Part shown: positions 6,529 through 13,202 of the stretch, piece by piece
How positions within the stretch are numbered: position 1 is the first letter of the stretch
Layout of the letters: the number at the start of each line of letters is the position of its first letter
NCBI GenBank assembly: GCA_046758705.1
Contig: JBHIAT010000102.1
Span: 1-13,202, forward strand
Source: Candidatus Bipolaricaulia bacterium
GTDB lineage: Bacteria > Bipolaricaulota > Bipolaricaulia > JBHIAT01
Direction: 5' to 3'
DNA length: 13,202 nucleotides
Translations under genes and position numbers: made by a program
Notes under the pieces: model-generated
Seen by the model: only the letters and a program-made list of their open reading frames with translations
Databases searched by the model: none
Told to the model about the DNA's origin: nothing

Positions 6529-8961
6529 ATGTACGATCGGTTCTCTCAGGAGGCGGTGGAAGCAATCGTCGCCGCTCAGGAGGAAGCGGAGAGCTGGAAT
6601 CACAACTATGTGGGAACGGAGCATCTGCTGCTCGCCTTCTTGAAAACGAAGGGTAAAGTCTATCGATTTCTCAGAAGCAATGGTATCACCTATCCTCGAG
6701 TTGCCAAGGAGATCAGCCGGATCGTCGGTCGGGGAAGGCTCCGGTCGAGCAGCCTGGAGCCCACGCCTCGAGTCAAACGGATCATGGAACTCAGCTATGA
6801 GGAAGCACAGCACTCCGGGAAGAGCCTGATCGAATCCGAGCACCTGTTGATTGGGATTCTCAAAGAAGGGGAGGGGGTGGCCGCCCACATCCTGAAGCGG
6901 TTTGGGATCACCCTGAAGAAGGCAAGACGCTCCTTCTATCAAGAGAGCGGGGGACGATCGATGATGGGCCCGCTGATGGGCGGACGGGAGCGCAAAGAGG
7001 ATATCTCCGAATTCGGGCGCAATCTGGTCCAGGAGGTGGAGGAAGGCCTGCTGGACCCGGTCATCGGCCGAGACGAGGAAATGGATCGGATCATCCAGAC
7101 GCTCTCCCGTCGCAAGAAGAACAACCCGGCGCTGATCGGAGAGCCTGGGGTCGGGAAGACGGCGATCGTCGAAGGGTTGGCTCAACGGATCGCCGATGGA
7201 GATGTGCCGGAGGCGCTCCAGATGAAGGAGATCATCGAGTTGAACATGGCCTCCCTGGTGGCGGGCACCAAATACCGAGGGGAATTTGAACAGCGATTGA
7301 AGTCGTTGATCCAATATGTGGTCGAATCGGAGAACACCATCCTGTTCATCGATGAGCTGCAAACATTGGTAGGGGCCGGTGGTGCTGAGGGGGCGATCGA
7401 TGCCTCCAACATCCTCAAACCGCCGCTCGCCAGTGGGAAGATTCAGATCATCGGGACAGCGACGCTCGACCAATACCGCAAATCGATCGAAAAGGACCCG
7501 GGCCTGTCGCGACGGTTCAAGAAGATCCTGGTCGAGGAGCCGACGGTCGAGGAGACGATGGAGATCCTGAAGGGCTTGCGGGATCGCTATGAGGCCCACC
7601 ATCGGGTGAAGATCACCGACGAGGCCCTCTATCAGGCGACGCGGCTCGGCGATCGCTACGTGACCGAGCAGTTCCTCCCTGACAAGGCGATCGACCTCAT
7701 CGACGAGACGGCGGCTAAGGTGCGACTGCGGAGCGCCTCGCTCCCGCCCGAGATCCGAGAGCTGAAGGAGGAGCTTGAGGAGGTCGAGGAGCTTGAGGAG
7801 ATCGCCGTGGGTGAGCAGGACTATGAGCAAGCGGCCCGGCTTCGGGATCAGAAAACCCAGCTCCAGGAGCGACTGGAGGAGCTCGAGATGAAGAGCATCT
7901 TCCAGGAGCAGAGCGAGGGTGTGGTTACCGACGAGGATATCGCCTGGATGGTCTCCTCGTGGACCGGGGTTCCTGTCGGCCACCTCAAAGAGAAGGAGAC
8001 CGATCGGCTCGTTCGCATGGAGGATGAGATCCATGACCGCTTCATCAATCAGGATGAGGCGGTCAAGGCGGTCTCCAAGTCGATCCGGCGCGCCTACGCC
8101 GGGATCAAGGATCCGACGCGCCCGATCGGCTCGTTCCTGTTCCTCGGCCCCACCGGGGTCGGAAAAACCGAGTTGAGCAAACGGCTTGCTGAGTTCCTGT
8201 TCGGCGATGAGGATGCGTTGATCCGGGTTGATATGTCGGAGTACGTGGAGCGGTTCAATGTCTCCCGGCTCACCGGGGCTCCACCGGGCTACGTTGGGTA
8301 CGAGGAAGCCGGTGAGCTCACCGAGGCGGTCCGCAGACGTCCCTACTCCGTTGTGCTGTTCGACGAGATCGAGAAAGCCCATCCCGACGTCTTTAACATC
8401 CTACTCCAGGTCATGGAAGATGGCATCCTGACCGACTCCCAGGGACGGCGGATTGACTTCAGAAACACAGTGCTGATCATGACCTCCAACATTGGTGGAA
8501 AACTGATCACCGATCGGGCGACACTCGGGTTTGGTGTGGAGGAAGTGGACTCCGAAGAGTCCTACCAGGATATGAAGGGCCGGGTCATCGGGGAGGTCAA
8601 AAATGTCTTTCGGCCCGAATTCCTGAACCGATTGGACGATACGATCGTCTTCCATCAGCTGACCGAAACGGAGGTCGACCGGATCGCCGATCTGATGCTG
8701 GATGAGCTTCGAGAGCGGCTGACCGAGGAACACCGGATCTCACTCAAGTTGACCTCCCGGGCCAAGAAACTGCTGATCAAGCGCGGCTATAACCCCAAAT
8801 ATGGAGCCCGTCCGATGCGCCGGGCGATCGAACAGTTGATCGAAACCCCGATCTCCGACAAGATCCTGAACCAGACGTTCGCGCAGGGAGATGAGATTGT
8901 CATCGACGCCAAAGAAGAGGAGATGGTATTCCGCTCCAAAGGCCGGGTCAAGCAGTCTTAA
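6529..8961 (+). CDS. clpC: ATP-dependent Clp protease ATP-binding subunit ClpC
   Basis: Double Clp-N repeats ([19 protein letters not shown]), D1 [25 protein letters not shown], short UVR-type middle domain ([11 protein letters not shown]), D2 [30 protein letters not shown], ClpP-docking LGF loop. ATG 6529 has AAGGTG 6 nt upstream; GTG 6520 is the alternative. Confidence 0.96.
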   Translation: MYDRFSQEAVEAIVAAQEEAESWNHNYVGTEHLLLAFLKTKGKVYRFLRSNGITYPRVAKEISRIVGRGRLRSSSLEPTPRVKRIMELSYEEAQHSGKSLIESEHLLIGILKEGEGVAAHILKRFGITLKKARRSFYQESGGRSMMGPLMGGRERKEDISEFGRNLVQEVEEGLLDPVIGRDEEMDRIIQTLSRRKKNNPALIGEPGVGKTAIVEGLAQRIADGDVPEALQMKEIIELNMASLVAGTKYRGEFEQRLKSLIQYVVESENTILFIDELQTLVGAGGAEGAIDASNILKPPLASGKIQIIGTATLDQYRKSIEKDPGLSRRFKKILVEEPTVEETMEILKGLRDRYEAHHRVKITDEALYQATRLGDRYVTEQFLPDKAIDLIDETAAKVRLRSASLPPEIRELKEELEEVEELEEIAVGEQDYEQAARLRDQKTQLQERLEELEMKSIFQEQSEGVVTDEDIAWMVSSWTGVPVGHLKEKETDRLVRMEDEIHDRFINQDEAVKAVSKSIRRAYAGIKDPTRPIGSFLFLGPTGVGKTELSKRLAEFLFGDEDALIRVDMSEYVERFNVSRLTGAPPGYVGYEEAGELTEAVRRRPYSVVLFDEIEKAHPDVFNILLQVMEDGILTDSQGRRIDFRNTVLIMTSNIGGKLITDRATLGFGVEEVDSEESYQDMKGRVIGEVKNVFRPEFLNRLDDTIVFHQLTETEVDRIADLMLDELRERLTEEHRISLKLTSRAKKLLIKRGYNPKYGARPMRRAIEQLIETPISDKILNQTFAQGDEIVIDAKEEEMVFRSKGRVKQS

Positions 8962-9000
8962 GTCTTAAACCAAGCTAAAGCTGCTGGCTGCTGGCTGTCG
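8954..9000. repeat. heptamer tandem repeats between clpC and radA
   Basis: AGTCTTA x2 (8954-8967, duplicating the clpC stop) and GCTGCTG x2 plus GCTGTCG (8980-9000). Confidence 0.7.
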
Positions 9001-9003
9001 TCG

Positions 9004-10341
9004 GTGCCCATGATGGCTTACCGATGCCGAAGCTGCGGCTATAGGTCACCCAAATGGATGGGCCGATGCCCGGCGTGTGGCGCATGGGAGGTCTTCGAAC
9101 GAGCCGAGGAGAAGGAGAAGGGACGACCCCGGCTTAGTGGGGCCCCCCAACCGCTCCCCCAGATCCAGGTCAATGCCGAGGGACGACGGCAGACCGGCAT
9201 CGAGGAGTTCGATCGCACCCTAGGGGGTGGGATCATCCCCGGTTCGGTCCTGCTCATCGGTGGGGAACCGGGGGTCGGGAAATCCACCTTGCTGCTCCAG
9301 GTCGCCGAAGGCATCGCCCGCCGTCATGGGCTGGTCCTCTACATCTCCGGGGAGGAGTCCCCGGGGCAGATCAAGCTGCGGGCCGATCGACTCGGGGTGA
9401 ACTCTGATCGGCTGCTGATCCTCGGTGAGCAGTCACTGAGCCGGATCGAGGAGGCGATCCAGGATCTGTCCCCGACAGCCATCCTGGTTGATTCGATCCA
9501 ATCGGTCTTCCCACCTGATGACAAGACTCATGAACTCGGGAGTCTCCGTCAGGTGCGTGAGGTCAGCGCCGCGTTCACCTACATGGCCAAGTCACAAGGG
9601 ATACCGACCCTGCTCGTCGGACACATCACCAAAGGCGGGGAGTTCGCCGGACCGAAAGCGATCGAGCACATGGTCGACGTAGCCCTATATCTGGAGGGGG
9701 AAGCGGACGGTCCGGTGCGGATGTTGCGGGCGGTCAAGAACCGGTTCGGCTCGATCGATGAGGTCGGCGTCTTCGAGATGGGCGAGACGGGTCTGAAGGA
9801 GATCACCGACCCCTCGGGGTTTTTCATCCGCAAAGGTCAGGAGGAACGGTCGGGCTCGGCGGTGGTCCCCAGCCTCGAGGGATCGCGACCGATCCTGGTG
9901 GAAATCCAGGCTCTGGTGGCCCGAGCCTACGGGAACTATGCCCAGCGGCGGGCAACCGGGCTCGATCTCAACCGGATGGCCCTGTGGCTCGCCGTGGTCG
10001 AAAAAAGACTCGACGTTCAGATCGGCCGAGAGGATGTCTACCTGAACGTCGCCGGTGGACTGGTGATCCGGGAGACGGCCGTCGATCTCGGCGCCACCGC
10101 CGCGATCGTCTCCAGCTTCACCAATCGACCGATCTCCCAAGATGTGGTGATCGTTGGGGAAGTGGGACTGAACGGGGAGGTACGCGGGGTCAAGCGACTT
10201 CGGGAGCGACTGGTGGAGGCGGAGAGACTCGGATACAGACGGGCGATCGTCCCAGCCATCCGGGATATCAACGGGCTGGACACCCTCAAGCCCGACCCGG
10301 TGACGGATATCGAAGCGGCGATGGAAGCCTTATCACTCTGA
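9004..10341 (+). CDS. radA: DNA repair protein RadA/Sms
   Basis: C4 zinc finger CRSCG....KW.GRCPACGAW, EFDRTLGGG, Walker A GEPGVGKST, YISGEES, VDSIQ, GHITK.G..AGPK..EHMVD, KNRFG signature, Lon-like C-terminal domain (EGSRPILVEIQAL, GEVGL.GEVR). Start could be 9004, 9010 or 9013. Confidence 0.97.
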   Translation: MPMMAYRCRSCGYRSPKWMGRCPACGAWEVFERAEEKEKGRPRLSGAPQPLPQIQVNAEGRRQTGIEEFDRTLGGGIIPGSVLLIGGEPGVGKSTLLLQVAEGIARRHGLVLYISGEESPGQIKLRADRLGVNSDRLLILGEQSLSRIEEAIQDLSPTAILVDSIQSVFPPDDKTHELGSLRQVREVSAAFTYMAKSQGIPTLLVGHITKGGEFAGPKAIEHMVDVALYLEGEADGPVRMLRAVKNRFGSIDEVGVFEMGETGLKEITDPSGFFIRKGQEERSGSAVVPSLEGSRPILVEIQALVARAYGNYAQRRATGLDLNRMALWLAVVEKRLDVQIGREDVYLNVAGGLVIRETAVDLGATAAIVSSFTNRPISQDVVIVGEVGLNGEVRGVKRLRERLVEAERLGYRRAIVPAIRDINGLDTLKPDPVTDIEAAMEALSL

Positions 10342-10367
10342 GTTCCTAAGCGATCCTGGGTGTTGTG

Positions 10368-11447
10368 ATGAGCGTGGAACGAGACAGAGGTAGTAAGGGC
10401 GAGATCATCGAGGTGTTAAAACAGCTCTCCCCGGGAACCTCTCTGCGGGAGGCGATCGACAACATCGTCGAGCTGGAGTCCGGTGGGTTGATCGCCATCG
10501 CCGATAAGGAGCGGATCGAGCCGATCATCGAGAGCAGCTTCGAGATGGACACCGACTTCACACCCCAGAAACTGACGGAGCTTGCGAAGATGGACATGGC
10601 GGTAGTCATCGACGAGAATCTGAAGAAGATCATCTATGCAAATGCCTACCTGATTCCTGATACCTCTATTCCCTCCCAAGAGCGAGGCACCCGTCACCGG
10701 GCGGCCGATAAGGTGGCCAAGCAGCTCGGCGTGGCCGTCATCGCCATCTCCGAGCAACGGGAGCGGGTCACCATCTACTACAATCACGAACGATATATCC
10801 TCCGGGATATCGCCACGGTCAACTCGAACGTCAACCAAGCCCTGCAGATCTTAGAGCAGCACCGGATGGAGTTCGACCGGCTGATCCGGGAGATCACCAC
10901 GCTGGAACTTGTCGGCCGGGTGTTGCCCTACCACGTGGCCAGCGTCATCCAGAAGATCATCCAGATGCTGGAAACCCGGGAGGAGATCGAACGGCTGTTC
11001 GTCGAACTGGGGGAGGTGAAAGTGCTGCCCGAACGACAATTGGAGGGGCTGATGCTCAGGGTGTGGGAGGAGTTACAGCTGTTGATCGAGGACTTCAAAC
11101 GGGATGAGACGATGGACACCCAGGAGATCGGCGACCGGTTCCGGGAGCTTGGCTCCGAGGTGCTCCTCTCCCTCGAGCGAGCGATGAACCCTCTGGGATA
11201 CGAGGGGGAGGAGGATCTCAGTACCGTACTGCCCTCCCGGGGGTATCGCGTGTTGAGCAAGATTCCTCGCCTTCCCATGTCGGTGATCGAGCGACTGGTG
11301 ACACGGTTTGACACGTTGGAGAATATTCTGAGCGCCGATCGGGACAGCCTACAGCAGGTGCGGGGGGTAGCGGAGGTTCGGGCAAGCGCGATCAAATCCG
11401 GCCTGCAGCTGTTGAGAAGCCGATTCTTCATCTTCGATGAACTGTAA
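10368..11447 (+). CDS. disA: DNA integrity scanning protein DisA-family diadenylate cyclase (variant active-site motif)
   Basis: PGT.LRE.I, F.....FTPQKL.ELAKMD, IIYANA.L.PD.SIPS.E.GTRHR, helical linker (NQALQ.LE), RGYRVLSKIPRLP, C-terminal HhH (V.GVAEVRA). Directly follows radA as in the classic radA-disA pair. Confidence 0.93.
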   Translation: MSVERDRGSKGEIIEVLKQLSPGTSLREAIDNIVELESGGLIAIADKERIEPIIESSFEMDTDFTPQKLTELAKMDMAVVIDENLKKIIYANAYLIPDTSIPSQERGTRHRAADKVAKQLGVAVIAISEQRERVTIYYNHERYILRDIATVNSNVNQALQILEQHRMEFDRLIREITTLELVGRVLPYHVASVIQKIIQMLETREEIERLFVELGEVKVLPERQLEGLMLRVWEELQLLIEDFKRDETMDTQEIGDRFRELGSEVLLSLERAMNPLGYEGEEDLSTVLPSRGYRVLSKIPRLPMSVIERLVTRFDTLENILSADRDSLQQVRGVAEVRASAIKSGLQLLRSRFFIFDEL

Positions 11448-11457
11448 CGGGGTGACT

Positions 11458-12273
11458 ATGGAACGGTTTGAACAACTCCAACAAGCGGTTGAATATCTGA
11501 AGCACCGGGTGAACGATCCCCCTGAGATCGGCCTGATCCTCGGATCGGGGTTGTCTTCGGTCTTGGATTCGGTTGAGGATGAGCAACGGTTCCAGTTCGA
11601 GGAGATCCCTCACTATCCGGCTTCGACCGTCCCGGGTCACAGTGGGGAGGTTCTGATCGGGCGACTCGAGGGAAAGCGGGTGATGATCCAGCGGGGTCGG
11701 GTCCACTATTATGAAGGCTACCCGATGGATCGGGTCGTCTTCCCGGTCCGCACCATGCGACTCCTCGGGGTTGAGACGCTGATCATCACCAACGCCGCCG
11801 GGGCGATCAACACCGACTATCGAGTCGGCGACTTCGTCCTGATCCGGGACCATATCAACATGTTCGGGGATAACCCGTTGCGGGGGGAGAACCTCGACGC
11901 GCTCGGCTCGCGGTTCCCGGATATGACCGACGCTTACGATCCGGATTTAAGAAGATTGGCGATACAGGCTGGGGAGGAACTCGAACTTCGCTTGCGCGAG
12001 GGGGTGTACGTCGCCGCCCCCGGTCCGATGTACGAGACACCGGCTGAGATCCAGGCCTATCAGGCGATGGGGGCGGATCTCGTCGGCATGTCGACGGTGC
12101 CCGAGGTGCTCGCCGCCCGCCACGGTGGGATACGGGTTTTAGGGATCTCCTGCCTTACCAACATGGCCGCCGGCATCGCCGAGACGTTAACCCATGAGGA
12201 GGTCATCGAGGTGACCGAGCGTCGCGGCGAAGCGTTGGGAAAACTGTTGCGCGGTATCCTGCGCGTGCTTTAA
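11458..12273 (+). CDS. punA: purine nucleoside phosphorylase, trimeric inosine/guanosine-type (PunA/XapA family)
   Basis: GLILGSGL, STVPGH.G, GRVHYYEGY, IITNAAG, DHIN, GSRFPDM, GPMYETPAE, VGMSTVPE, TNMAAG, H.EV. The Glu and Asn base-binding residues fit 6-oxopurine specificity. ATG 11458 follows GGGGTG. Confidence 0.95.
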   Translation: MERFEQLQQAVEYLKHRVNDPPEIGLILGSGLSSVLDSVEDEQRFQFEEIPHYPASTVPGHSGEVLIGRLEGKRVMIQRGRVHYYEGYPMDRVVFPVRTMRLLGVETLIITNAAGAINTDYRVGDFVLIRDHINMFGDNPLRGENLDALGSRFPDMTDAYDPDLRRLAIQAGEELELRLREGVYVAAPGPMYETPAEIQAYQAMGADLVGMSTVPEVLAARHGGIRVLGISCLTNMAAGIAETLTHEEVIEVTERRGEALGKLLRGILRVL

Positions 12274-12309
12274 CCTCTATCTTTGGTGGAGATATGTTAG
12301 GCTGTTAAG

Positions 12310-13202
12310 CTAAGCGTACATCCCCCTCGCCCGGGCTGCCTCGGCCACCCGGCCGACCGCCACCATGTAGGCCGCCAACCGCATCTCCACACCCTCCTGC
12401 TCATAGGTCTCCAGGGTCTTCCGAAACGCCTGGGTCATATGATCCCGCAGTCTTCGGTCCACCCGCTCCGCGCTCCAAAAGTAGCGGTAGCGATCCTGGA
12501 CCCACTCCAGGTACGAAACGGTTACGCCACCGGCGTTCGCCAGGATGTCTGGGACGACGAACACCCCCCGATCGTCGAGGATCTCGTTTGCCTCGAGCGT
12601 CGTCGGGCCGTTGGCAACCTCGATGACTGCCTTCGCCCGAATACGATCGACGTTCTCCTGGGTGAGCTGGTTCTCCAGGGCGGCGGGAATCAGGAGGTCA
12701 CAGTCCAGTTCGAGCAGTTCCGCGTTGCTGATCTCCTCTGCCTCATCGAACCCGACCACCGAGCCGGTCTCCTGCTTGTGCAACTTCATCCGCAAGGGGT
12801 CCAGTCCCTTCGGGTTGTAGATGCCCCCGTGGGAGTCGCTCACCGCGATCACTTGCGTTCCGCCGTCGTGCATGAACTCGGCCATATGCGATCCCGCGTT
12901 GCCGTAGCCCTGGATGACGACCCGGGCGTCGCTGACGTCCATGCCGAGATGGCGAAGCGTCTCCAAGGCGACGAAGTAGCCGCCACGGGCGGTGGCGGCC
13001 TCCCGGCCTTGGGATCCGCCAAGCACAATGGGTTTTCCGGTGACCAACCCCGGCATGAATTCGGCGTTATGATGCATGCTGATCGTATCGACCAACCAGG
13101 CCATCTCCCGTTCGCTGGTATAGACGTCGGGGGCCGGGATGTCGATGTCCGGACCGATGATGATGCTGATCTCGGCGGCGTAGCGCCGGGTCAGTCGCTC
13201 CA
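12310..13202 (-). CDS. gdhA: Glu/Leu/Phe/Val dehydrogenase (glutamate dehydrogenase), 5'-truncated by the window edge
   Basis: The frame stays open to the edge (ERLTRRYAAEISIIIGPDIDIPAPDVYTSEREMAW...). VTGKP..LGGS.GR..ATARG, IQGYGNAG, LIPAALEN, EVANGPTT, VPDILANAGGVTVSYLEWVQ, RGMYA end. Confidence 0.95.
   Translation of the reverse strand, partial: ERLTRRYAAEISIIIGPDIDIPAPDVYTSEREMAWLVDTISMHHNAEFMPGLVTGKPIVLGGSQGREAATARGGYFVALETLRHLGMDVSDARVVIQGYGNAGSHMAEFMHDGGTQVIAVSDSHGGIYNPKGLDPLRMKLHKQETGSVVGFDEAEEISNAELLELDCDLLIPAALENQLTQENVDRIRAKAVIEVANGPTTLEANEILDDRGVFVVPDILANAGGVTVSYLEWVQDRYRYFWSAERVDRRLRDHMTQAFRKTLETYEQEGVEMRLAAYMVAVGRVAEAARARGMYA

Noticed and set aside
7351..7365. ClpC D1 Walker B DELQT rather than DE.HT
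   Set aside because: The catalytic Asp-Glu pair is intact, and one adjacent substitution is not enough to infer a functional change.
6433..8382. 649-aa antisense ORF opposite clpC
   Set aside because: It is a codon-register shadow of a GC-rich conserved chaperone gene; such long antisense frames are a known artefact opposite Clp/Hsp genes. It has no motifs or expression signals of its own.
8946..8967. GGTCAAG/AGTCTTA repeats as a CtsR operator
   Set aside because: Spacing and sequence do not fit RGTCAAA-NAN-RGTCAAA, and the site is downstream rather than upstream of clpC.
12271..12309. Bidirectional terminator between punA and gdhA
   Set aside because: Only a weak AT-rich stem (TATCT...AGATA) with no U-tracts, which is not enough to call.
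229..12820. The many other overlapping ORFs in the six-frame track
   Set aside because: All lie within well-supported genes in other frames or strands, have Arg/Ser/Pro-biased composition and show no family motifs, as expected at this GC content.

Overview
A GC-rich bacterial housekeeping region with no mobile element, CRISPR array or RNA gene that I can support. Two gene sets diverge from back-to-back sigma70-type promoters at about 4138-4207. Leftward: LptA/OstA-like periplasmic protein, yraN, comM/yifB, a small orphan ORF and an MDR-family (quinone-reductase-like) oxidoreductase; a further promoter at 79-107 then points off the left edge. Rightward: prs, rplY(ctc), pth, clpC, radA, disA and a purine nucleoside phosphorylase, converging on the 3' part of a glutamate dehydrogenase gene. 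The mix of Terrabacteria-style clpC-radA-disA with an Lpt protein suggests a diderm, deep-branching lineage (inference only). I do not see a clear wholly new multi-gene system. The best leads are: a DisA whose catalytic DGA motif reads DMA, a strong excess of CGATCG (HIP1-core-like), a near-consensus promoter hidden in the prs 3' end, a clpC without adjacent ctsR-mcsA-mcsB and with one degenerate phospho-arginine pocket, a coupled orphan small ORF, and a near-leaderless structured transcript at the left edge.
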